Source: Octopus bimaculoides (taxonomy: Eukaryota). From it: a stretch of DNA of 63,566 bases. The translations under genes were made by a program, and so were the position numbers. The stretch is taken from contig NC_068984.1 in the NCBI RefSeq assembly GCF_001194135.2, forward strand, positions 116,700,022 through 116,763,587, in the 5' to 3' direction. The notes under the pieces were generated by a model, which ran no database searches, had not been told where the DNA came from, and saw nothing but the letters and a program-made list of their open reading frames with translations. The number at the start of each line of letters is the position of its first letter. Positions within the stretch are counted from its first letter, which is position 1. Of this stretch, positions 49,894-62,714 are shown in pieces.

Positions 49894-51129
49894 CATCTTC
49901 CACTACCACCAACATTAACATCACTGACTACCACCACCACCACCACCACCACCACCATTACCAGCACTACCCTTTCGACATCAACAATACCAGAAACATC
50001 AAAATCATGGACGTATTAAGAGTAGTAAAAACTGACAAAAACAGTTGGTTCCACAATTTTGGGGTCTGCATGGTTAACTTAAGGAAGACAGATGACCAAT
50101 GAACAGACTACAGTGTCTTTTGAACCTCTGTCACCAATGGTAATAATCATATTGTATTCTCTTTTATTCCTTCCAACAGTTTTCTAATGCCTGTCGTCCT
50201 CAAGAAAGATTACATCAGTTATTGCTTCCAAGACTTGACAATTTCAAGCATATAAAAAAGAAAACAAATAGAAAAATGTTTATTTTGAGAAGTGAAGCAT
50301 TAACAGATGTACTAAAACGTAGCTGTAATTGTAAAAGTGTAACCTGTCTTAATCCATTTAATTTACGCAACAGTCAAAATAATAATTTATGATTATGTCT
50401 GATATAAAAAGGTATTATAAAAAGAAGCATCGATTTTCTGAGTTAGGCACAAAAAGTTATCGATTCTTGCCAGTCGAATGTCAATTGGTAAATCAGTAAA
50501 TAAATAAATAAATAAGAAACAAATGGATGTATGAAGGATGTTTGTTTTAATGCGGAACATAGAGCAAACATTTACTCCTATCTACACAGAATAACGGAAT
50601 GCAACTATGCTCTGTGCATAACATGCGATTTGTGAATGAAAGTAAGATATAGCAGAGATAGAAGGAAAATTAGAACAGCTGCAGCAAAAAGCTAGATGAT
50701 AAGGTATGAACCAAAGATAATAAATATAAACAAAGACATACTTCCTCAAAGTAAAGGTGGCGGGGTGGGGGGAGAGAAATGATGATCAAAATCTAAGCAA
50801 TCAGAAAAATAAATCTGATATGTTATCCAACGTATGGCATTGACACATATTTAATATTCATATTGGAAAAGAGAGACAGAGAGAGTGAAAAAAAAATAAT
50901 AATTGGATAAATTCGAAGAACTGTAATAATAAATCAAGAAAAGTGAGGTTTTAAAAATACACTCGGCAGTAAAATAATCACGGATAACGTAATAACTGAG
51001 TGTTGAGATTAAAAAGACCGTTATAGAACATTAAATTGAGTACATATATTTTAAATTATAGAAAACTGAAGAAAAGAAAGAAGCGCAAAACAAATAATGA
51101 TAAAAAAATATCTGATGATGAATGCATTG

Positions 51130-51899
51130 ATAGCGACGACTACGACGACGACGACGATGATGATGATAACGAGGGGGAGGACGAGGATGTAGAGGGGATG
51201 AGAATAGGACGAGGGGAAGAGGCGGATGAGGAAGAGTGGAGGAGGAGGAGGAGGGGAAGGTGATACGAGGTGGAAGGAAAAGAGGAGACAGAAGAGGCGG
51301 AAAGACAAGAGGAAGAGGTGAAGAAAGAAGAGGAAGAAGAAGAAGAAGAAGAGGAGAGAGAAGAGGAGGTAGAAAAAGAGGAGGGAGAAGAGGAGAATGA
51401 AGAAGAAGAAGAGGAGGAGAATGAAGAAGAGGGGAGAAGAGGAGGGAGAAGAAGAAGAAGAAGAGGGAGAAGAGGAGAATGAAGAAGAGGGGAGAAGAGG
51501 AGGACGAAGAGGAGAATGAAGAAGAAGAGTGTAGAAGAGGAGGATAAAGAAGAGGAGAGGAAGAGGGAGAGGTGGAGGTTGAAGAAGAAGAGGGGAGAAG
51601 AGGAGGGAGAAGAAGAAGAAGAAGAGGGGAGAAGAGGAGGGAGAAGAAGAAGAAGAGGGGAAAAGAGGAGGGAGAAGAGGAGGGTGAAGAAGAAGAGGGA
51701 GAAGTGGAGAATGAAGAAGAGGGAGAAGAGGGAGAAGAAGAGGAGAATGAAGAAGAAGAGTGTAGAAGAGGAGGATAAAGAAGAAGGAGAGGAAGAGGGA
51801 GAGGTGGAGGGTGAAGAAGAAGAGGGGAGAAGAGGAGGGAGAAGAGTGGAGAAGAGGAGGATGAAGAAGGAGAGGAAGAGAGAGAAGTGGAGGATGAAG

Positions 51900-51930
<31 letters not shown>

Positions 51931-52240
51931 GAAGGAAAACAAAGAAGAGAGATAGGAAGAGGAAGACTAAGAGGAAGGAGAAAAGGAGGGCGAAAGAGAG
52001 GCGGGTGATGAAGGTTATGATGATGATGATGACGAGGAGGAGGAGGAGGAGGAGGAGGGAGAAGAGCAGGAGGGGGATGAAAAGGGGAGAAGAGTAGGTA
52101 GAGAAGGTAGAGGAAGGGAAGAGCAAGAGGGTTATGATGATGATGATGAGGAGGACGACGACCACGATAAGGAGGAAGAGGCAGAGAATGATGAAATAAA
52201 TAATAAGGAGGGGGGAGGAGAAGGAGGAAGAGTAGGAAAA
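51130..52240. repeat. ~1.1-kb polypurine (GAA/GAG) low-complexity tract
   Basis: Almost pure purine on +, with internal ~33-bp and ~75-bp duplications. Confidence 0.95.
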
Positions 52241-53747
52241 AACAGTATCGGGAAATTTGAGAGTAATAATTCATTTTTATTCGCATTATGTTTGTTGCAG
52301 AGGAAGTAGATTCATTGTAAGATTAACATATAACTCAAACATCTAAGTAGAGTATTCTTTTTACCCCACTTTTTCTCATAACCATCAGGTAACCCTCTAA
52401 TTAATCACACCAGTAAATTGCTGCTACGTACTATTATTTTTCCCCATGTCTTTCTCTCCGTCTCTCTCTCTCTTCTCTCTCTCCCTCTCTCCATTTTTCT
52501 ACCCCTCTTTCTCTCCTTTTTCCTCTCTTGCTAAATAGTACAGGTTACCTATCTGATGTCTCGTACGTTGCTTAGTTCCAGTAAACATCAAATCCTCAAG
52601 CGAGGTCCATTTGCTCACATCGTCTTTTTTTTAAAGAAAACTGTTTCAATGGAAGTGACTAATCTTCGCAATTATCTTCTATAAAAGCGAACTATCTTCA
52701 ATGTTTCCCCCAATGTTTGAAGATTCTTATAGTTCTCTCTTTCAACATTTCTTTCCTTCTTTCTTTTCTCTTCTTTCTTGCTTTCTTTTTTCCTTCCTTC
52801 ATTCTTTATGGCAATCTGTGAACAATAGAACCGTTCGTTACAAGTTTCCAACGAGTAATTACTGCATTTCTGACAGCAGGAAGTGTCACCGGATTTTCGG
52901 TTTCTCGCCCATGTTGAAATCTTTTGTATCTCTACATAAATTCCTATACATACATGCATACATACATACATACATACATGCATGCATACATACATTCATG
53001 TGTGTATTAGTATGTGTGGTTGTAGGAAGCAAAAAAAAACTGTCTGTCATAGGGATCATGATAGGTAAAAAGTAAGCATACAGCACTGCAACGAAGTGTA
53101 AAACTTGGACAACAAAATGGACACAATACTCCCTTCATCTGTTGGTATAGGTAGCTGCTCTTTGAATTTATTGGTATCGGCTAGAGGTTGTGACGCTATC
53201 AATAGATGTCCAAACAACTAAGATCTCTAGATCGACACCTGATGAAGGGAAACTTCTTTTTAAGCTAACTTTGTTTTGATTTTGTTATGTTTTCGTAGTC
53301 ATACAATAAAATATTCAATATATTTGAATGTAAAGTATTATTTTATTTTCATTTTATTTTCAATATCATCTCTAAGAACTTGCTAATGTTTTGAACCTTT
53401 CTATTTTCTTGAGGGTCATGTAGTAAGAACTCCTGAAGAATATTAGTACCTGCATCGAATCCGAATATCAGGAGGAAGAGAAGGCAGCTAAATCTACATG
53501 CGAAGATGAGGTTGCGACTGCCAGTACTATCCAGTGCCTGACGTTTTTGTCTCATCTTGCATATACCAAGTAGTTTTAAAGTGAGAGTCGGTTCGTGCAA
53601 TCTGATAGCACTCTTTATAATTGAAGGTCAAACGACAGTGGCTCGGCGAGCTAAGACGGCTACAGTGACCAGCAGGGTGTAGGCTTTACATTGTAGTGGC
53701 CTTCTCCTCAGTGAATTGCCTTATAGGCCGAAGAGCTCCATCTATCT

Positions 53748-53816
<69 letters not shown>

Positions 53817-54234
53817 NNNNNNNNNNNNNNNNNNNNNNNNNNNNNNNNNNNNNNNNNNNNNNNNNNNNNNNNNNNNNNNNNNNNNNNNNNNNNNNNNNNN
53901 NNNNNNNNNNNNNNNNNNNNNNNNNNNNNNNNNNNNNNNNNNNNNNNNNNNNNNNNNNNNNNNNNNNNNNNNNNNNNNNNNNNNNNNNNNNNNNNNNNNN
54001 NNNNNNNNNNNNNNNNNNNNNNNNNNNNNNNNNNNNNNNNNNNNNNNNNNNNNNNNNNNNNNNNNNNNNNNNNNNNNNNNNNNNNNNNNNNNNNNNNNNN
54101 NNNNNNNNNNNNNNNNNNNNNNNNNNNNNNNNNNNNNNNNNNNNNNNNNNNNNNNNNNCACTCACACACACTCACACACACATATATGTATACACACACA
54201 CATATATATATACACACATACACACACACATACA

Positions 54235-54454
54235 CGAGGTGGGATGGGCTGAAACTTTCCTGGCTTTAGGTAAAAGAAATACAGGAGGATCAGTTAATTA
54301 TGATTTTATTTAACATATTTTCTTCTCAGATTCACACACTTATTGCAGCGGTCCTTCAGTTTTTCTAAGCCCTGTAAAAGAACTCGGAAGTTCGGACCTC
54401 AAGCCAAGCCTTTCGCGAAACCCATAAAACGAGGAACTTTTCAGCACTCCCTCG
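54235..54454. mobile_element. mariner-derived MITE (same family as 10611)
   Basis: CGAGG..GCTGAAACTTTCCTGGCTTT at the left end and GGAACTTTTCAGCACTCCCTCG-TA at the right end. Confidence 0.75.
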
Positions 54455-54489
54455 TATACATACATACATACATACATACATACATACAT

Positions 54490-54977
54490 GATGATGATGA
54501 TGGCCGTCCACTCGTGACCGAGGAAGACCATTGCCGACCTTCAGGAACGTTGTGCGCTCTAGGACTAACTTATATTTTACATTTGCAGCTCCGTTGACAA
54601 GCATACATGACTGCAAACATTGCAGACCAAGCTTTCCCCATTCACTATACGAGCCGTGCGCTTTCGCGCAGCTCGCTTAAGTTCTTCATGCTGGATACGT
54701 GCTCTCTCAAAAGTGTCGATCCCTTCCTTAACTTGCTTCCTCCATCTGTGGCGATGACAGGCATTGTTCTCCCAGTCAGTGTCCTGCATATCACAGGCCT
54801 TTAATGAGGACTTGACACAGTCCTTAAAGCGCAGCCTTGGTTTCTGCCGGAGTCTCCTTCCATTCACAAGTTCTCCATAGAGCATCTGCTTAGGAATCCT
54901 GCTATCCTTTATTCTAATAAGGTGTCCAGTCCAACGTAACCGGTGCTTGTGCACCATTGCCTCAATACACAAGATAT
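54490..54977 (-). mobile_element. 5'-truncated RTE/BovB-like LINE with (ATC)n tail and 69-bp flanking duplication
   Basis: HRLRWTGHLIRIKDSRIPKQMLYGELVNGRR..KPRLRFKDCVKSSLK..CNVCSHVC; duplication at 54421-54489 and 54991-55059. Confidence 0.9.
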
Positions 54978-55042
54978 CCATAAAACGATACCCATAAAAC
55001 GAGGAACTTTTCAGCATTCCCTCGTATACATACATACATACA

Positions 55043-55073
<31 letters not shown>

Positions 55074-55429
55074 GCATGCATATATACATTTATGCATATA
55101 CATATGTATGTGCACATGCACTTATGGACGCAGCACGGATGGTATTACATATGCGGTTCTCATTATATGCTGAAACTAATGAATTCTTTGACCTGTATTA
55201 ACAGTGCATTTGACAGCTTGTAGATATAAACTTCTTATTAGACGTGTTCTAACTGGTTTTGTGAATCCCAGCTTCTTAACCTTCATACTGAGGCAGTTAG
55301 CCATCTAGCAAATTGCGTTATAGTCTGAATGAGATAACTGCAGGTTTCTCATTAGTTATTTAAATTATTCTGCTTAGTTACATTGTCTCTTTTCCCTGTC
55401 CCATTTAATTATATCTAATTTGATATGCT

Positions 55430-56345
55430 TTAATTATCGATAAATTAAGTACTAGTGAAACACTTGGGTCGATGTAATCAATTAGTCCCCTCCCCTAAAA
55501 AATTTCAAGCTTTGTGCCTATAGCAGAAAGGATTGTTATTATTAAGGTGGCGAGCTGGCTGAATCGTTAGCGCGCCAGGCAAAATGCTTAGCGGTATTTG
55601 GTCCGTCTTTATGTTCTGAGTTCAAATTCGGCCGAAGTCGACAATCATTCTTTCGGGGTCGATAAAGTTAGTACCAATGAAACACCGGGGTTGATATAAT
55701 CGACTAGTCCTCTCCCCCAAAAATTTCAGGTCTTGTGCTTTTAGTAGAAAGGACTATTATTATCATTGTTAAGTCGGGAAAAATGCTTAGCGGCATTTGG
55801 TCCGTCTTTACGTTCTGAGTTCAAATTCCACCGAGATCGACTGTGCCTTTCGTGGTCAATGAAAAAAGTACCAGTCCTTCTCTTTTCATGCCTTATGACT
55901 ATAATTGAAAGGATTGTTATTACTATTATTATTGTTGCTTCTGAGTTCAAATTCTGCCGAGGTCGACTTTACCTTTCATCTTTTCGGGGGTCGATAAATT
56001 AAGCACCAGTTGCGTACTGGGGTCGATCTAATCGACTGGTACCCTCCCCCAAAATTTCGGGCCTTGCGCCTAGAGTAGAAAAGATTGTTGCTGTTGTCGT
56101 CATCATCATCATCATCATTATTATCATTATTATTAAGGCAGCGAGCATGCAGAATTGCTAGCACACCGAACAAAATGCTTAGAGCTATTTTGTCTGTCTT
56201 CGTGTTCTGAGTTCAAATTCCACCAAACTCAAATTTATTTTCATCCTTCCACGATCGATAAAATAAAGTATCAGTCAAAATACTGGGGTCGATTTAACGA
56301 CTTATCCCCTCACTTAAAATTGGTGGCCTTGTACCAAAATTAGAA
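55430..56345 (+). mobile_element. cluster of five head-to-tail SINE family C copies or fragments
   Basis: Cores at ~55430, 55545, 55770, 55935 and 56135, mostly separated by ATT/CAT-rich tails. Confidence 0.8.
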
Positions 56346-56349
56346 ATTT

Positions 56350-56551
56350 TTTATTTTATTCTTTTACGCGTTTCAGTTATTTTACTGCGGCCATGCTGAA
56401 GCACTGCCTTAAAGGGTTTTAGTCAAAGAAATCGACCTCAGTACTGATTCTTTCTAAGCCTAGTATTTATCCTATCGGTGCCTTTTGCCGAACCGCTAGC
56501 GGACATAAATATACCAACATCAGTTGTCAAGCGATAGTGGGGGTGGGGGGA

Positions 56552-56595
<44 letters not shown>

Positions 56596-56925
56596 NNNNN
56601 NNNNNNNNNNNNNNNNNNNNNNNNNNNNNNNNNNNNNNNNNNNNNNNNNNNNNNNNNNNNNNNNNNNNNNNNNNNNNNNNNNNNNNNNNNNNNNNNNNNN
56701 NNNNNNNNNNNNNNNNNNNNNNNNNNNNNNNNNNNNNNNNNNNNNNNNNNNNNNNNNNNNNNNNNNNNNNNNNNNNNNNNNNNNNNNNNNNNNNNNNNNN
56801 NNNNNNNNNNNNNNNNNNNNNNNNNNNNNNNNNNNNNNNNNNNNNNNNNNNNNNNNNNNTACAACGGGTTTCTTTCAATTTCCGTCTACCAAATCCACTC
56901 ACAAGGTCGAGGCGTTTGTAAAAAG
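56350..56925 (-). mobile_element. SINE family B spanning a gap in its microsatellite
   Basis: 3' half 56350-56555, (CA)n, gap, part of the 5' half at 56860-56925. Confidence 0.8.
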
Positions 56926-57679
56926 CCATTACGTGAAGCAAAGAGTCTCTGAAGCAGAAAGGGTTGGGAACTGCTGGCCTAAATATATTTGAAGGGATGG
57001 CCACAAATGGAACAAGTTTAATCATATGTTTGCTCAATCAGGCGTCACCTGGAGCTAAGCCGAAGCAGCAGTGTAACAACAACATAAATAACAACAACAA
57101 CAACAACATAATCAAGAACAATTACGTTTCAAACCCAGCAATATAATTTAAAATCAATTTTGCTAAAATTTCTCAAAACTGTTTACGTCTTAAGGTTTTG
57201 ATTTTGACATATAATCCATTCAACTTTGAAATTGAATTAATTTCAATAAAAATATGCTTTCTTTATTTTATTTTATTTTATTTTATTTTATTTTATTTAC
57301 TGGGTTTTTAAAAATTTTTTCTGCGATATTTTTTTGTTTTAAATGTTTTCTAACGATTTTAGCGAAATTCTTATTTCCTTGTTATCTAACATCTTTCTTC
57401 TTTTCCCCGTCCCTCCATCTGTTTCTTTTTTTCCCTCCACCTGTTTCTCGTTTCCCTCCATCTATTTCTCCTTCCTTCTTTCCCTCTCTCTTTCTCTTCC
57501 TCTCCACCTCTCCCTTCCCTCTTTCCCTCTCCATCCTCCCCCCTCTCTCTCACACACACACACACTTTCTCCACCCTCTTCCCTTCAAAAATTAAGATAT
57601 GTCCTCAGAGAAATTTCAAAATTTCCAGTACTGACATAACTGATATGAATTTGTTATTGGTGCCGATGTATGATGGCTG

Positions 57680-57873
57680 TTGGTGATACTAATGCTGTGG
57701 ATGAAGATGATGATGATGATGATGATGATGACGATAGTAGTGATGGTGACAGCGGCGGTGGCGGCGGTGGTGGTGGGAGTGTTGGTGGTGGTGGTGGTGG
57801 TGGTTCTGATAGAGATATTGGTAGTGATAATGTTGGAGATGATGAGGATGATGATGATAATGATGATGATGAA

Positions 57874-57906
<33 letters not shown>

Positions 57907-58290
57907 GATGAAAATGGTGGTGGTGGTGGTGGTGAAAATGATAGTAGCGACGATGATGATGTTGATGCTGATGATGGGTCGAGTGCTGAGGATGATGATA
58001 ATGATGACGACGATAGTAGTGGTGGTGGTGGTGGTGGCGGTGGCGGCGGTGGTGATTCTGATAGTGATATTGGTAGTGATGATGATGATGATGATGACGA
58101 CGGTAGTAGTGGTGGCGGCGCTGATGACGATGACGACGATGATGATGATGATGATGATAATGACGACGACGATGGTGATTGACGTAGTGGTGATGATGAT
58201 GATGATGATAATAATAAAAATGGTGGTGGTGGTGGTGGTGAAAATGATAGCCGCGACAACGATGCTGATGATGGGATGGTGATGGCGTGA
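57680..58290. repeat. compound (GAT)n/(GGT)n low-complexity tract with higher-order units
   Basis: Direct reading; repeated sub-blocks TCTGATAG(A/T)GATATTGGTAGTGAT and AAAATGGTGGT..GAAAATGATAG. Confidence 0.9.
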
Positions 58291-58386
58291 TGGAGTAGCT
58301 TTGTTGTTGCCGCTGGTTATTCTTGTTCTCTGCCAATCCGAACATGACGGTTTTCACCTTTTACAGTGGTTTAACATGATAAATGC

Positions 58387-58465
<79 letters not shown>

Positions 58466-59021
58466 TACACACTCATTCACATAGACATACAAGCAAACAC
58501 ACACAACAGTCACAGACAGCATACCACACGTTCACACACAGCATGCACACATACAGGACACACAACATAGCTACCAAAAAAAAAAACAACACGCTCACAT
58601 ATGCACACACACACACACATACACACACACTACGCGCACTCACATACAACACACAGCGCGTGCGCACATAGACACCATACACACAAGCAAACAAGCCCAC
58701 AACTCCGCATACACGTGATTATACACTATCATTCACATGCATGCAGATGTTACTGTCTCTGCCTTCACTAAAGCAGATTTTTTTCATGTAGAATGCTTAT
58801 ACTGTAACACTATTTATGGGACATACTATATATACATACATACACACGCACGCACACCCATCATCAGCATCAACATCGTCATTGTCGTCGCTACTATCAT
58901 TTCCACCAGCACCACCACACCCATTTTCATCATCTTCATCATCATCATCATCATCATCTCCAACACACACATGCGTACATATATATATATATACATACAC
59001 CAAATTATGTTTTTACCTATG

Positions 59022-59058
<37 letters not shown>

Positions 59059-59104
59059 AAACCATATATAAATATACTCACATAGATACCTATATAATGT
59101 ATAT

Positions 59105-59318
59105 ATACTTCTTTTATTTTTTACTTGTGGGCATACTGGAGCACCGCCTTTTGTCGAACAAATCAACCCCAGGTCTTATTCTTTGTAAGCCTAGTACTTA
59201 TTCTATCGGTATCTTTTTCCGAACTGCTAAGTTACAGGGACGTAAACACACCAACATCGGTTGTCAAGCGATGGTGGAAGGACAAAGACAGACACACAAA
59301 TACATACATTTATATATA
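59105..59318 (-). mobile_element. SINE family B, 3' half
   Basis: CTGGAGCACCGCC..GTAAGCCTAGTACTTATTCTATCGG..CCAACATCGGTTGTCAAGCG. Confidence 0.8.
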
Positions 59319-59814
59319 NNNNNNNNNNNNNNNNNNNNNNNNNNNNNNNNNNNNNNNNNNNNNNNNNNNNNNNNNNNNNNNNNNNNNNNNNNNNNNNNNN
59401 NNNNNNNNNNNNNNNNNNNNNNNNNNNNNNNNNNNNNNNNNNNNNNNNNNNNNNNNNNNNNNNNNNNNNNNNNNNNNNNNNNNNNNNNNNNNNNNNNNNN
59501 NNNNNNNNNNNNNNNNNNNNNNNNNNNNNNNNNNNNNNNNNNNNNNNNNNNNNNNNNNNNNNNNNNNNNNNNNNNNNNNNNNNNNNNNNNNNNNNNNNNN
59601 NNNNNNNNNNNNNNNNNNNNNNNNNNNNNNNNNNNNNNNNNNNNNNNNNNNNNNNNNNNNNNNNNNNNNNNNNNNNNNNNNNNNNNNNNNNNNNNNNNNN
59701 NNNNNNNNNNNNNNNNNNNNNNNNNNNNNNNNNNNNNNNNNNNNNNNNNNNNNNNNNNNNNNNNNNNNNNNNNNNNNNNNNNNNNNNNNNNNNNNNNNNN
59801 NNNNNNNNNNNNNN

Positions 59815-59848
<34 letters not shown>

Positions 59849-60264
59849 GAAATTTACAGAAAAACAAAAGACGAAGACAGTAGTATAAACAACAAACATA
59901 TATATTAGTTTGACGTGTGTGAGTATATGTATATACTCACGCACGTACACATTCACACAGTTAAAAAGGAAAAAATGAAAAAAATATATATAAAACAATA
60001 AAAAATGTTAACACATATGGAAAGCTTATGCAGGAACATAGTAAAAATGTGGATTCTATCAGTGATATTTGGAGGCCCAAAACTGTAACAGGTATTTTGT
60101 CATATGTGGATATGCACATATATGTTTGTGTGTGTATGTGCATATACATATACATATCTGTGTGAGTGTGTACGTATGTAGACGTTATGAACGCAGGAGG
60201 TTTTATGTCTATGTATTGTGAGAATATGGTTGCGTGTATTTTTTATCTTTTATATATTTTTTCT

Positions 60265-60726
60265 ACCTATTAGAGTAACGATGGTCAGTCCAGCTCTCTG
60301 CTCCTCTCATGACCCGGACGCTAGAAACATCTTTCATATCACATTTTCTGATCAAAATATAATCTATGAGATGCCAGTGCTTAGATTTTGGGTGCACCCA
60401 GGTGGTTTTATATTTATTTTTCTGCTTAAACAGTGTTGGTAACAACCAGATTATTCTCAGTACAAAACATCAAAAGAGCTACTCCATTTTTATTACATTT
60501 TCCAATGCCATGTCGGCCTAAAAGAGGCCATGAAACGTAGTCATTTCCAACTCTTGCGTTGAAATGTCCCAATATGACCAGCTTGTCAGAAATTGGTACT
60601 TTCCTCAATAATCGTGTTAGATCATCATAAAACTGTACTACAATTTCATCAAAATGAAACATTGTCGATGCATAAATACTGACAACGGTAAGAAACCTGC
60701 CTATTGTCAGTTTTATACAGCGTGAC
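60265..60726 (-). mobile_element. RTE/BovB-like LINE, AP-endonuclease fragment
   Basis: FYDDL..VPISDKLVILGHFNARVG..LGRHGIGKCNKNG..LLMFC..LVVTNT, frameshift, KTTWVHPKSKHWHLIDYI..WTDH. Confidence 0.9.
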
Positions 60727-62150
60727 ATGGTTCGTTCAGATATACCACTTGGAAATTCTGCAATGGAGAATACTTATGAATTCTTGAGAGCAAATCTAAC
60801 ACCAACTTATATACCTCACACTTTAGGCCTAGAAGCAATCAAACACTGGGTAGAAAAGCATAGAGAACGGATAAATGAACGCTTCAACACTGACTTCATC
60901 ACCAAGACCACACGTCTAGTACTAGAGGAAAATGCCTTTAAATTCGACAATAAAACATATCGGCAGATAAAGGGCACGGCTATGGTTACACTATTTCTGC
61001 CCTCATATGCAAACTTAGTTATGGGATACTTAGAAGAAAAGCTCTATGAGGAAGTAGAAAAATCTTTTGATCAGGAATACACGAAATATATCATTAAAAA
61101 GTGGAAACGCTTTCTTGATGATTGCTTCATCTTTCGGGAAAAATCGAATAAAGATCTAAATATATTTAACAATATACTAAACATACTTCACCTTTCCATC
61201 AAATTCACAACGGAATCCAGTTGCAATGAACTACCATTCCTGGATATCCACATAAAAATACAAAACTGCACAGTCGCAACAGACATGTTTTTAAAAAAAA
61301 CGGATACACACCAATATTTAAATTTCTACTCTTGCCATCCAGCACACATCAAAAGAAACATCCTATACAGCATCGCTAGACGCATCTGTGCTATAGCAAG
61401 TGACCCTAAAACACGTGAAATCAGACTCAACGGACTCCAAGGCTTCCTTACTATACAAAAATACCCCTTAGGCTTAATTAATGAAGAAATTAAAAAGGCG
61501 ATGAAACTGAATATCACCCAACTACGGACACCTAAGGATTCCGTTCGTTAACACATACAGTCCTGGAATAATTAACATATTCCATGTCATAAAATCAAAC
61601 TTGCCTATACTCCTACAAAGCCCCAAGATGAAAACTCTGATTGAAAATAAAACACCTTACGGAATAGCTGACGCCAACCAAAAAAATCTTTAAAAACACC
61701 TCACAAGGGCAGAATTCAAATCAGAGAATAAACCAGAATTCATAGCAAAAGAATGTGGAGATAGGAGATGTGGAACGTGTAACAATACCAACAACTTCAA
61801 GTACATAGAAAGTGGTTCCCACATAAAGTTCAAGAGCAGATCCATTTTAAAAATAAATGCAGATATGAGCTGTAAAACTCAAAATCTCATATACTGCATT
61901 ACCTGCCCAAACTGTATAGAAAATTACATTGGCGAAGCGAATAACTCCCTCTGCCAACGTGCAAGAATTCACAGGCAACATATCCGGCAAGAACTACAAA
62001 AGATTCCATTGAGTAAACATCTAGAAATATGCGGAGACGGAAAGTTCAAAATCTTTCCTTTCACAAATGTACGCGGGACGATCCGCAATACCGAAAGGCA
62101 ATGGAACTACTACACTTCATAAAAAGATTCTCTCCGCAGTTAAATGTTTG
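60727..62150 (+). mobile_element. Penelope-like retroelement (RT + GIY-YIG endonuclease), 5'-truncated and frameshifted; Neptune-like
   Basis: TYIPHTLGLEAI..LVLEENAFKFDNKTYRQIKGTAM..PSYANLVMGYLE..WKRFLDDCF..LPFLDI..KKTDTHQYL..SCHP; then CGDRRCGTC..MSCKTQNLIYCITCPNCIENYIGE. The Cys-rich linker before the GIY-YIG is the basis for the Neptune-like call. Confidence 0.9.
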
Positions 62151-62590
62151 AAAGAGAAAAAAGAAAAGCAAAGAGTACGTTTTGCATGTATGTATATGTA
62201 TATATGTGTGGGTATGATATGATATATATAGTTATTTTATTTTACTTACTAATTGATTTTATTTACAAATATTATACTAATGTATTCTCTACACCTTACC
62301 AAAAATAAATAAATGTATGACAGGAATATATTGTAAACATAACTCAAAGAATATAAAAAGAAAGGGCTAAAACAGAACGGACAAGAAAACATTTTTTATT
62401 ATTTATTTTTTATTTCTTATTCTCTATTTTTTCTTTCTCTTTTCTTACCATCCCTAGATACCATTTCAAAACAATGGTGTAAGTAGTAAACAAGTTTTTA
62501 CTTTTATTTATTTATTTATTTTTTCTTTTGACAATCATTAAAAAGACCATTTCAGTACAATGAAAAGTGGTGGATAGGAAAATGAATAGC

Positions 62591-62647
<57 letters not shown>

Positions 62648-62659
62648 CCTACCCATCTT

Positions 62660-62714
<55 letters not shown>

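Noticed and set aside
51172-52077. 14-nt mirror repeat AGGGGGAGGACGAG / GAGCAGGAGGGGGA
   Set aside because: Plausible by chance in a low-complexity purine tract.
51036-52286. Acidic/basic or Leu/Pro/Ser-rich proteins
   Set aside because: Multiple frames on both strands are open because of the polypurine composition.
53200-53260. Hammerhead at CCTGATGAAGGGAAAC
   Set aside because: No room for stem II and no cleavage-site strand.
53700-53745. GTGAATT GCC-TTATA-GGC CGAAGAGCTC as a second G3-type hammerhead
   Set aside because: Positions 8, 9, 15.1 and 16.1 deviate and stem I does not pair.
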